DNA of 64,000 bases from an uncultured bacterium (GTDB lineage: Bacteria; Fidelibacterota; Marinisomatia; Marinisomatales; UBA1611): contig CALSPG010000007.1 in assembly GCA_943788175.1 (NCBI GenBank), positions 128,001-192,000 of the forward strand, in the 5' to 3' direction. The notes under the pieces are model-generated. The model was not told the origin of the DNA. It saw only the letters and a program-made list of their open reading frames with translations, and searched no databases. Of this stretch, positions 11,801 to 19,708 are shown one piece after another; positions within the stretch are counted from its first letter, which is position 1; every line of letters starts with the position of its first letter. Made by a program: the position numbers and the translations under genes.

Positions 11801-12717
11801 ACAATCGTTTATGGGTAATTGCTTCTACCCTTAATGGAAGAACAATTAAAATAAAAGACTTTCTTTGGGAATTTTTTCAAGGAAATAAAGGAAAACCTCC
11901 TCGCTTACTTGTAGAGAGAGTCAACCCAGTTCGTTTTACTCTTACAGAGTTTCCTGAGGGCATGGAAGTTGATGAGTCTCTAGGAGCGATAAAGTGGATA
12001 CCAAAAAAAGCTCAAACAGATATGCATAGAATATCTGTAATGGTATCAGATGGATATACTAAAGATGAACAAGTGTACGAAGTTTATTCAAATCACTTAC
12101 CAACTATTATATCAAACACTCCAAGGATGGCATTGGTTGGAGAATTATTTAAATATCAAATTAGAGTTGAAGATCTAAATGAAAGTGCTAATCTAAAATA
12201 TAGTCTTATAAAAGGTCCACATGGAATGCAACTAGATAAAAGTGGTAAACTTTTATGGGTACCTAAGGCCGCACAAATAAATTACAATGATTTTGAAGTT
12301 TCTGTTACAGATGGTTATGGAACAGATATTCAATCAGGAAAAATATTCATAAATAATCCACCTTCTATTATATCTACCCCAAAACCTGTTGGGCTAACGG
12401 GGCATACTTGGAGATATAAATTAACCACTGAAGATTTAAATGGAGACAGGGTAACGTATCGTGCTGTTAGATTACCTAAGTTTGCCAAATTCGATAGACG
12501 AACTGCTACTCTAGAATGGACACCTAGAAAAAATCAAGATGGGGTTAATGATTTTATTTTAATGGCAGTTGATGAGCATGGAGCAACAACAACACATGAT
12601 TTTCAAGTACACGTATTCTATGATCCAAGTGCAAAGCAATTAGTTAATAGCGGATGGCCTCTTATGTTGACATTTGTTGGGGTTGTGTTTGCCTGGGGTG
12701 CGGGGCAAATGAACTAA
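8842..12717 (+). CDS. Large surface protein: FG-GAP beta-propeller, about 7 putative Ig/cadherin-like repeats and a C-terminal hydrophobic anchor
   Basis: Signal peptide; multiple DxDxDG..DL motifs; repeated PxGM...G...WxP...V.DG...VN.PP units; terminal WPLMLTFVGVVFAWG. Confidence 0.8.
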   Translation: MNSTFQKIKKLVLVVSFFSLTLSQKIVHMDGSFDLDGDNLLEFISLELNPDKNVFPTMVKYNEIDRDGYQTAIWEFDAPKELDGYFVDAKIGDLDGDGIPDLIIVMNLSRFGTNSTPHVFVAVYSWEGDSFSELPSVTLDIGKQDRSLRCNNFSMLDQDADGDQELVLSLGSPYRGFAFLDLDNQGRLVITKKIRPDELLVGSGLLYSAIVDYDNDGYEDLLAISPEGNTIKAQPFYNIGGIFDSGPLIRKNFNGISGILHNSFQLTDWDADGFKDVLASFRSGDIIALTLTPATLVIERVPVQPGPLTQIEIADFNQDSYKDLLMLSADINALTMVSGEDGGMESIRNVMSKVPEEMQIFSMLPLTKLGKYTGNVIVSGWNGNENSIYILDFGKKSAEYDQGFLLSTDFISEQLPDLLSNIEDVQPEVPEIYVEVIPEQFPQLPQPEKEVITEMGEQRIASVPKALDPSVVEGDVLKEQPKSVPPKKVIRTLESPKSLKEEEMIGQRLPKHVLPQYILTLNQPFEYMLLRDTSESFHSFRWQISPPKGMFFHYESQTIRWVPNQEQLDAFPVSYLVRVKVDEIMESLSSSDSKNQEYKTVPVLESRDEQVWIYVNDPPRFLTQPLGTEFVAGGSFQYEPIVRDRNKDASLQFFLEIAPPGMTINDGVLYWKSDSINAEQYDVRLVVSDGFERDVQEFQLSARSGIRILSKAPVIATVGEKYDYDVKVWRQRTSQEANYKLFFGPSGMRVDKNSGLLTWVPNETQIDTVEYALVSTHGVASDTQFVKVFVNHPPIIQAAPAPMTKVNVGAIWDFDLKVQDPNIGDKLIYTAHVLPDGMRMDAYSGRLHWEPSTAQVDFHKLRIEVSDGYLSKFIESEFFVNAPIKIVSVPTMTATVGDEYSYKLITVDRNKGALLPFDKVVKVEDVSNTKIYSINISDDVVIQNIDRFLGDWYNAKEVYYVNPKYPADTLVSRVNLKRYVQAVFYEDNRLWVIASTLNGRTIKIKDFLWEFFQGNKGKPPRLLVERVNPVRFTLTEFPEGMEVDESLGAIKWIPKKAQTDMHRISVMVSDGYTKDEQVYEVYSNHLPTIISNTPRMALVGELFKYQIRVEDLNESANLKYSLIKGPHGMQLDKSGKLLWVPKAAQINYNDFEVSVTDGYGTDIQSGKIFINNPPSIISTPKPVGLTGHTWRYKLTTEDLNGDRVTYRAVRLPKFAKFDRRTATLEWTPRKNQDGVNDFILMAVDEHGATTTHDFQVHVFYDPSAKQLVNSGWPLMLTFVGVVFAWGAGQMN

Positions 12718-13760
12718 TTAAAAAGACTATTAACGTATTTCTTTAATTTTTCTTCAGGAGAAAATTTTAGTACCATTTGAACAGCATAAACATCTATTGA
12801 TGTTTTAAAGCCTTTTATTTTAACCATATCTTTTTCCGTAGTAATTATGAATTTAGCTTTATTTTTAAAGGCTGACTCTTGGATTTTTTTCAAATCATAA
12901 TTCTTATATCTATGATGATCTGGATATTTTTGGTGCCCCACGATATTACATCCAATTTTACCTATTGACTTTTTAAACCCTTCATTATCACCAAGAGCTG
13001 AAAATAGATATACATCTTGAGATTCGACTTCAGATATTTTTATTTCAGCATCATTTTTATTTTTAAGTAAACTACTTAACTCAACTAGACTTTTAATTTT
13101 ATCAGTTTTAGTATTATTGAATTTTTTGAAAATGTAGTCATTTTTATCATGAATATTTGTTTTTGTAAAAACTAATAAATCTGCTCTTTTTAAATTTTTT
13201 AAGCGCTCTCTCAAAAGGCCTACTGGAATCAGTCGATGAGTCCTCAACGTATCTTTACTGTTTATAAGAACAATATCTAGATCTCTATAAAGAGAACGAT
13301 GCTGAAAACCATCATCTACAATGATAACGTCTATATTAAAATTATTAATCATTTTTAAACCAGCTTGGTATTTTGAGTTACCAACTATTATTGGAATGTC
13401 ATCTAGTTTATTTGAAAGTAGAAATGCCTCATCACCAAATTTTTCCCAAAGAAGTGGTTTAGTTTTTCCATCTGTTACAACGACAACATCTTTTGATACT
13501 CGACCGTACCCCCTACTTATAATCCCGACATTTTTGCCAATAGATTTTAAGTAATGAGCTAAAAATTCTACGGTAGGAGTCTTGCCAGAGCCACCTGTAG
13601 TTATATTCCCGACACTAATTACTTTACATGTTAAATGTTTGGGCTTAATAATACTTGTATCATACAAATAATTTCTTATTGCAGAAACCAACCCATATAA
13701 GATGGAAAAAGGGAAGATGATGATTTTGAAAAAATAATTATTAATTATTTTTTTTAACAT
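12714..13760 (-). CDS. lpxK: Tetraacyldisaccharide 4'-kinase
   Basis: SVGNITTGGSGKTP, SRGYGR, GDEA, DDGFQH, YPDHH, TTEKD. Confidence 0.95.
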   Translation of the reverse strand: MLKKIINNYFFKIIIFPFSILYGLVSAIRNYLYDTSIIKPKHLTCKVISVGNITTGGSGKTPTVEFLAHYLKSIGKNVGIISRGYGRVSKDVVVVTDGKTKPLLWEKFGDEAFLLSNKLDDIPIIVGNSKYQAGLKMINNFNIDVIIVDDGFQHRSLYRDLDIVLINSKDTLRTHRLIPVGLLRERLKNLKRADLLVFTKTNIHDKNDYIFKKFNNTKTDKIKSLVELSSLLKNKNDAEIKISEVESQDVYLFSALGDNEGFKKSIGKIGCNIVGHQKYPDHHRYKNYDLKKIQESAFKNKAKFIITTEKDMVKIKGFKTSIDVYAVQMVLKFSPEEKLKKYVNSLFN

Positions 13761-14403
13761 ATTCTTTATTTTCTTTTTCTACGTCGTCCATCGCTTTAAT
13801 TAAAGAACTTTTACACAATTCAAAATCATCATCAATTTTGAATGTTATCGGCTGTCCATATTTAAGATATATTTTACCAAATGGTTTTTCTAAAAAAAAA
13901 GTGTGCCAGTTAACAAATTTCCAATTCCTTGTAGAAATTGATGAAACAGGTATAATTATGGCGCCAGTTTTTTGAGCAGCTTTAATTACACCTGCCTTGG
14001 GTATTTTTTCAGGACCCCTTGGTCCATCAGGGGTGATACCAATTAAAGTTGAAGGTTGCCGCAAAATTTTCACTATTTCAATAAATATTCTGGATCCACC
14101 TTTTGAACTAGATCCTCGAAGAATCTTCCAGCCCAATTGATTCCCCACTTTAGATATTAATTCACCGTCTCGATTTAGCCCGGCAAGGCCATAATGTTTT
14201 TTTTTTGCTAAATGCATAAATGGAGTGAGTAGTTGACCATGCCAAGTTGATATTATTACGCTTTTGTTATTGCTTAACGCTATTTCAAAATTTTCTGTTC
14301 CCCTTATGTCCCATCTATTTGTTTTATAAATAAGTAGCAACAACCATTTTGCCAAAATTGCTTGGCATGTAATTAGTAAATTATCATAATTATTCTTCAT
14401 CAA
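13741..14403 (-). CDS. DUF374/LpxJ-like lipid A secondary acyltransferase
   Basis: WHGQ, RDGE, RGSSSKGG, ITPDGPRGP, KPFGK motifs; lies between lpxB and lpxK. Confidence 0.75.
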   Translation of the reverse strand: MMKNNYDNLLITCQAILAKWLLLLIYKTNRWDIRGTENFEIALSNNKSVIISTWHGQLLTPFMHLAKKKHYGLAGLNRDGELISKVGNQLGWKILRGSSSKGGSRIFIEIVKILRQPSTLIGITPDGPRGPEKIPKAGVIKAAQKTGAIIIPVSSISTRNWKFVNWHTFFLEKPFGKIYLKYGQPITFKIDDDFELCKSSLIKAMDDVEKENKEYVKKNN

Positions 14404-15521
14404 CTTAAACCATGAATAATCATATTTGCTATCCTATCGAAAACGCCACTTGGGCCTAATTGGTCACTCAAAATTTTATAATTTTCTAAAACTATTTTTC
14501 TTTCTTTAGAATTTTTGTTGATAAAAGGCATAATATTATCAAATAAATTTTTTGGGGTCATATTACCTTGAATTAATTCTGGTACAATATTTTTTTCGGC
14601 AATCAAGTTCACTATTGAAATAAAATTTATTTTCCCAAAAAAATTAAAAAGTGTATAATTAATAAATGAGGTCTTGTAGCAAACAATTATTGGTAATCTC
14701 GCTAATGCGCATTCTAATGTAACAGTACCAGATGAGCTAATAGCCGCAGTTCCGTACTTTAATGCTGAAGAAGAGGAGCTTTCAATTTTTATAAACGTTG
14801 GCACATCGGATATTCTTATATTATCTGATTTCACAACAAGAAACTGTACGTCAGGGGTTTTATTAGTTATTAATGCAATAGTTTTCAAAAAAATAGGCCA
14901 ATGATAATCAATTTCTTGTTGTCTGCTTCCAGGAAGTAAAATTAATAAAGGGTTGTTTTTCTTAAGGCTATGTTTATTGAAAAAATCATTTTTATCATTT
15001 CCATTATATGTTTTTTCTATAAAAGGGTGTCCTAAATAAAGTGTCTTTAGCCCTTTAGAATTATACCAATTTGCTTCAAAAGGGAATATGGAGATGAATT
15101 CATTTATATGCTTTTTCATAAAATAAATTCGATTCTCCTTCCATGCCCAAGTTTGAGGCAGTATAAAATATGTAATAGGAATTCCAAGATGTTTTATCTT
15201 ATCAACTAATCTAAGGTTAAAACCTGGATAATCTATAAGTATGATTTTATCAGGTTTACTGGATATAATATGTTTGACGGTGTTGTCTAAAATCTTGAAC
15301 AAGCTCGGAAGTTTCTTTAGGACATCCGTAAAGCCCATAACTGACATCTGATTAATATGGTTACATATTTTTACCCCTGCGTTAGCCATTTTATCTCCTC
15401 CATTACCAATGCAGTTGATTTTGGGGGAAGCATTTTTTAAGGACAAAACTAGTTTTGCTGCATGAAGGTCACCTGAGGGCTCTCCGGCAGAAATAAAAAA
15501 AGTACTCATTTTATTTTTCAT
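14400..15521 (-). CDS. lpxB: Lipid-A-disaccharide synthase
   Basis: AGEPSGDLH, IDYPGFNL, PQTWAW, FPFE, GHP, LPGSR, SGTVTLE, PELIQ. Confidence 0.95.
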   Translation of the reverse strand: MKNKMSTFFISAGEPSGDLHAAKLVLSLKNASPKINCIGNGGDKMANAGVKICNHINQMSVMGFTDVLKKLPSLFKILDNTVKHIISSKPDKIILIDYPGFNLRLVDKIKHLGIPITYFILPQTWAWKENRIYFMKKHINEFISIFPFEANWYNSKGLKTLYLGHPFIEKTYNGNDKNDFFNKHSLKKNNPLLILLPGSRQQEIDYHWPIFLKTIALITNKTPDVQFLVVKSDNIRISDVPTFIKIESSSSSALKYGTAAISSSGTVTLECALARLPIIVCYKTSFINYTLFNFFGKINFISIVNLIAEKNIVPELIQGNMTPKNLFDNIMPFINKNSKERKIVLENYKILSDQLGPSGVFDRIANMIIHGLS

Positions 15522-16111
15522 AAAAAATAAAAGAGAGCTACAATCTTGTTTTTGAACACGATGACAAAGAAAATAAAGAATATATTTTGCAAGGTTCGTT
15601 TTTCAGTTTTAATTGTGCTGAATATGTCTTTTGGAGTTATTCTATTTCCACTTTCCCATGGTGTTATTCTAGGTAAAAGTTTTGGCACATTTTCAGTGTA
15701 GGTTTTATATTGATTTTTAAATTTTAATCTAAGAGTTTCTTCTTCAAGAGATATAATAAAATAATATTGAACAATAAAGAATATTCCTACAAAGGAAAAA
15801 AGCTCCCACATAATTATACCTCCTCCTAATAGTGCTACTCCTAGATATATAATTATATTTCCCCAATATAATGGATTTCTTGTTTTGGAATAAGGGCCAG
15901 ATGTACACAAAAAAGGAGCTCCTACTTTTCTAGTCCTGGTTGCTCCACCTGCAAAGCGGACAGCACTTATTCGAATGATTTCACCCATAAGAATTAACCC
16001 AAAACCAATGAAAGAAAAAGGTAAATAAGGGTCGCTAAAGTATATTATTGTCAATGCGATTGGAATAGGTGTGTAGCTTCTGAATTTGAAAAATATATTT
16101 CTTATATCCAC
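15518..16111 (-). CDS. ICMT/PEMT-family membrane methyltransferase, candidate lipid A phosphate methyltransferase (LmtA-like)
   Basis: FRSYTP N-terminus, LCTSGPYSKTRNPLYWGN, EEETL..KF..QY..Y...VP; overlaps the lpxB start. Confidence 0.7.
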   Translation of the reverse strand: MDIRNIFFKFRSYTPIPIALTIIYFSDPYLPFSFIGFGLILMGEIIRISAVRFAGGATRTRKVGAPFLCTSGPYSKTRNPLYWGNIIIYLGVALLGGGIIMWELFSFVGIFFIVQYYFIISLEEETLRLKFKNQYKTYTENVPKLLPRITPWESGNRITPKDIFSTIKTEKRTLQNIFFIFFVIVFKNKIVALFYFL

Positions 16112-17103
16112 TATTTTATATCCTCAAGAATCATATTATTTATCTTTATAACCACGTCAAGTGCATCGCGAGCATCGTAACCACTTACTATTGGTTTTTC
16201 AATTTTGAGTATTGAGTTTACGAAATTATCAAGTTCCATGCGTAATGGGTCATAATCTTCAACCGGGGGTTTTTCATAAGTAATAAATTTATCTTTATTG
16301 CCGTGTGAAAAAGGTTCTGATCTTAAAGCCTTTTCAATTTGTTTTGAATCTTGAGTAATATGATAAATTTCTGTCTGGCCAATTAATAAATCTATTGTTG
16401 AATATAGGTTGTCCTGAAATATTTTTATTTTTCGAACTTTATCTTTTGAAATTCTGCTAGATGTGATGCTTGATATTGTGCCATTAGAAAATCGTATTCT
16501 TGCATGGGCAATATCAATGGAGTCAGTCAGGATAGAAACACCACTAGCATGAATACTTTTAACCTCAGATTTTACTAATGACAATAATATATCTATATCA
16601 TGAATCATTAGATCAAGCACAACAGGGACATCAGTACCTCTTGTGGTATATGGCGCGAGTCTTTGAATTTCAATAAATTTTGGATTTAAATCATATTGTT
16701 GGAAGGCTTTGAGAGCCGGGTTTAATCTTTCAATATGCCCAACTTGAATAATCAAGTTATTATTTTTTGCGATTTTTATTAAATCATCTGCTTGGTCAAC
16801 TGTTTTGGTAATTGGTTTTTCTATAAAGACATTACAATTGAATTCTTTTAATGCTCTTTTTGCAACATCATAGTGAGCTAGAGTGGGTGTTACTATTGAT
16901 ACTCCATCGCACGCCTTCATAAGGGAGGATGCTTTTTCATGAAATTTAACACCGTACTGTTTTGCTATTTCTAAACCTCTTTTGGGGTCATTATCATGTA
17001 AACCTAAGAAATTTATGTTATTCATCTGGGCATAATGTTTGACATGGTATTGCCCTAGATGACCTACTCCAATAACTCCAATGTTAATTTTTTTTGAATT
17101 CAT
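16111..17103 (-). CDS. Gfo/Idh/MocA NAD-dependent oxidoreductase, candidate UDP-GlcNAc 3-dehydrogenase (GnnA-like)
   Basis: GVGHLGQYH, IEKP, QVGHIERLNPA, DVPVVLDLMIHDID; first gene of the lipid A operon. Confidence 0.75.
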   Translation of the reverse strand: MNSKKINIGVIGVGHLGQYHVKHYAQMNNINFLGLHDNDPKRGLEIAKQYGVKFHEKASSLMKACDGVSIVTPTLAHYDVAKRALKEFNCNVFIEKPITKTVDQADDLIKIAKNNNLIIQVGHIERLNPALKAFQQYDLNPKFIEIQRLAPYTTRGTDVPVVLDLMIHDIDILLSLVKSEVKSIHASGVSILTDSIDIAHARIRFSNGTISSITSSRISKDKVRKIKIFQDNLYSTIDLLIGQTEIYHITQDSKQIEKALRSEPFSHGNKDKFITYEKPPVEDYDPLRMELDNFVNSILKIEKPIVSGYDARDALDVVIKINNMILEDIK

Positions 17104-17253
17104 AAAATTAAAAATTTCTTTAATTATGTAGCTTTCAAAGTTGATAATTAATTAGTGAAATCTCCATAAAAATAATTGAGTAAAAAAACTTGCATTTAGT
17201 ATCTATATAAATCAATTTTAGGCGTAATTCGCAGGTAAAATCGGAGTTTCGTT

Positions 17254-17916
17254 ATGAGGAACGATATTAAATCCGGGATTGGGTATATAATACCATTTGG
17301 AGCTGTTATTGGTTTTTTCACTGCTCTCTTTCTTGGTCAGTTTTTAATTAGTATTATTATTGCCATAGCAGGTATTTTGGTATGGTTTTTGTATATGGTG
17401 ATAATGGAGTCTTCTCCACCATCAAACTTGGGTAACCTGATAATATTTTTTGGCGTGCTTCTTTCTGTCGGAATTTTTATGGGTTTCGGAGTATCTCAAA
17501 ATATGTGGGGAGGTGTTGAGTTTGTTTCAGAAGGGTCATTATTTGCTCTCGTAATACTTTTCTTTTCTATTCTGACAGGTATGCTTTTTAGGGGTCAGCC
17601 GTTTATCCAGCAGCCCGCAGCATCATATGACTTAAATGCTCAAGAAAAAAAATGGGTTGAAAATGCACTGCAAAGTGAAAACCAACCTAGTAGTTCAACA
17701 GAACCAAAAGTTATTGTCGTAAAACAGGAGAGTAAGTCAAGTGATGAAAGTGATAACCAGAGAAAAACATCAAATGCAAAACATGAATCTGATCAATACA
17801 ATAATCCATACGTATACGCATATCCGCCAGAATATTACTATGACGAAGATGATGACTACGAAGATGATGACTATGAAGATGATGACTATGAAGATGATGA
17901 CGAAGAGCAATCATAG
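17254..17916 (+). CDS. Hypothetical membrane protein (about 4 TM helices) with an acidic, Tyr-rich C-terminal tail
   Basis: Hydrophobic N-terminal half; GGAG RBS; tail YYYDEDDDYEDDDYEDDDYEDDDEEQS. Confidence 0.7.
   Translation: MRNDIKSGIGYIIPFGAVIGFFTALFLGQFLISIIIAIAGILVWFLYMVIMESSPPSNLGNLIIFFGVLLSVGIFMGFGVSQNMWGGVEFVSEGSLFALVILFFSILTGMLFRGQPFIQQPAASYDLNAQEKKWVENALQSENQPSSSTEPKVIVVKQESKSSDESDNQRKTSNAKHESDQYNNPYVYAYPPEYYYDEDDDYEDDDYEDDDYEDDDEEQS
17851..17895 (+). repeat. 15-bp tandem repeat, 3 copies, encoding DDYED
   Basis: gatgactacgaagat gatgactatgaagat gatgactatgaagat, with partial flanking copies. Confidence 0.9.
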
Positions 17917-17934
17917 GATAGTAGATTTTATTTT

Positions 17935-19035
17935 TTAGACATTGAATTTAAAGAAAATGCAATCTCCATCTTTCACGATATACTCTTTTCCTTCAGTCCT
18001 TTTTAATCCGAGATTAGATAATGCGCTTTCTGAACCATGGGTAATTAAATCTGAATAGCTAAAGACTTCAGCTTTAATAAAACCTCTTTCAAAATCGCTG
18101 TGTATTACTCCAGCCGATTGCTTTGCGGTTAATCCCTTCAGTATTGTCCATGCTCTTACTTCAGTTGGGCCACCTGTGAAATAAGTTTGCAATCCTAGGA
18201 GATCAAAACTGGTTTTTACTACTTTATTCAAACCTGACTCACTCAAATTATACTCTTTTAAAAAAACTTTTTCTTCTTCTTTAGATAATGTTGATATTTC
18301 TTGCTCAATAGATGCACAAACTTTTATAACAGTACTATTTTTATTTGAAGTGTATTTTACCAGTTCGTCTAAGTATTGATTTGTTGAATCGTTAATAATA
18401 TCATCTTCGCTAATATTTGCTACGTATAATATTGGTTTATTAGTTAGCAGGTGAAAAGATTTTGAAACCTCAAATTCTTCGGGCGAGTATTCTATACTGT
18501 TGGCCAAAAGGCCATCACCACAATGCCTTACAAGTTTTTCTAGTAGCTCAACTTCAAAGTTTAGTTTTTTGTCACCGCCTCTAGCGAGCTTTTTTGTTTT
18601 ATCAAGTTTTTTTTCAAGAGCATCTAAATCAGCAAGTAATAATTCAGTTTCGATAATTTCAGCATCTCTTACAGGATTTACTTTACCATTTACATGTACA
18701 ATATCAGGGTCATCAAAACATCTAACAACATGAATAATAGCAGATGTTTCTCTAATCTGACCTAAAAATTTATTTCCTAGCCCTTCTCCTTTATTCGCTC
18801 CCTGAACTAGGCCAGCAATATCAATAAATTCGACTGTTGCAGGTACAACTTTCTCCGGGTTGTAGATGTTTTTTAATTTATCTAAACGTTCATCTGGCAA
18901 ATTGACAATACCAACATGGGGGTCGATTGTGCAAAAAGGAAAATTTTCAGCTGGTGCATTTGATTTTGTTAAGGCATTAAAAAGCGTTGACTTACCTACG
19001 TTGGGAAGTCCAACTATGCCACACTGTAATGCCAT
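17935..19035 (-). CDS. ychF: Redox-regulated ATPase YchF
   Basis: GIVGLPNVGKSTLFNAL, NFPFCTIDP, DIAGLV, IHSDFERGFIKAE, FKFNV. Confidence 0.97.
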   Translation of the reverse strand: MALQCGIVGLPNVGKSTLFNALTKSNAPAENFPFCTIDPHVGIVNLPDERLDKLKNIYNPEKVVPATVEFIDIAGLVQGANKGEGLGNKFLGQIRETSAIIHVVRCFDDPDIVHVNGKVNPVRDAEIIETELLLADLDALEKKLDKTKKLARGGDKKLNFEVELLEKLVRHCGDGLLANSIEYSPEEFEVSKSFHLLTNKPILYVANISEDDIINDSTNQYLDELVKYTSNKNSTVIKVCASIEQEISTLSKEEEKVFLKEYNLSESGLNKVVKTSFDLLGLQTYFTGGPTEVRAWTILKGLTAKQSAGVIHSDFERGFIKAEVFSYSDLITHGSESALSNLGLKRTEGKEYIVKDGDCIFFKFNV

Positions 19036-19580
19036 TAAAATGAATCCAGAGAGGGATCTTTGCCAAAATCATATACTAGATTATCAAAAATTCCTACTTG
19101 CAAGTTTTTTGCTGTATATATCTTTTTATTATCAGCTTGCATTTCAGCATCGGCCCATATCATTGATTTAGATTTTGTAATTAGTTTTTTAATAGAAACA
19201 TTGTAAACTATTTTTTTATGATAAGGTCTTACTTGCCCACGAAATTTAACATCGCCTACTCCCAAAGCTCTGCCTTTGCCTTTTGCGCCGCTCCAGGTAA
19301 GAAAAAAGCCAACTAATTGCCACATACCATCTAGTCCTAGACAACCCGGCATTACTGGATCGCCTTTGAAATGACAATGGAAAAACCAAGATTCATCAGT
19401 TATATCCATTTCAGCAATGATTGAACCTTTATCATAAGTTCCGCCGCTGTTTTTAATGCTTAATATTCTATCAATCATTAACATTGGGTCTTGAGGTAGT
19501 TTAGCATTGCTCTGACCAAACATGTCTCCATTCGCCATTGATATTAAATCTTCCTTATTGTAAGAGTTTCTCTGACTCAT
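19035..19580 (-). CDS. fabA: 3-hydroxyacyl-ACP dehydratase/isomerase FabA
   Basis: WFFHCHFKGDPVMPGCLGLDGMWQLVGFFL with the His/Asp dyad; GRALGVG. Confidence 0.9.
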   Translation of the reverse strand: MSQRNSYNKEDLISMANGDMFGQSNAKLPQDPMLMIDRILSIKNSGGTYDKGSIIAEMDITDESWFFHCHFKGDPVMPGCLGLDGMWQLVGFFLTWSGAKGKGRALGVGDVKFRGQVRPYHKKIVYNVSIKKLITKSKSMIWADAEMQADNKKIYTAKNLQVGIFDNLVYDFGKDPSLDSF

Positions 19581-19708
19581 ATAATTAAATTTCCTTTATT
19601 ATGCTTTTTATTGGTGTGATATATTATTACCAAATTGCGAATTATACATTTGAATCTATTTAATAATTAAAATTTTGGTAATTTATTATCTAAATATATG
19701 GAGGAATT

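Noticed and set aside
17711-17938. His-rich (minus strand) and Met-rich (plus strand) short ORFs
   Set aside because: They are alternative-frame readings of the GATGAC/GAAGAT repeat within the 17254-17916 gene.
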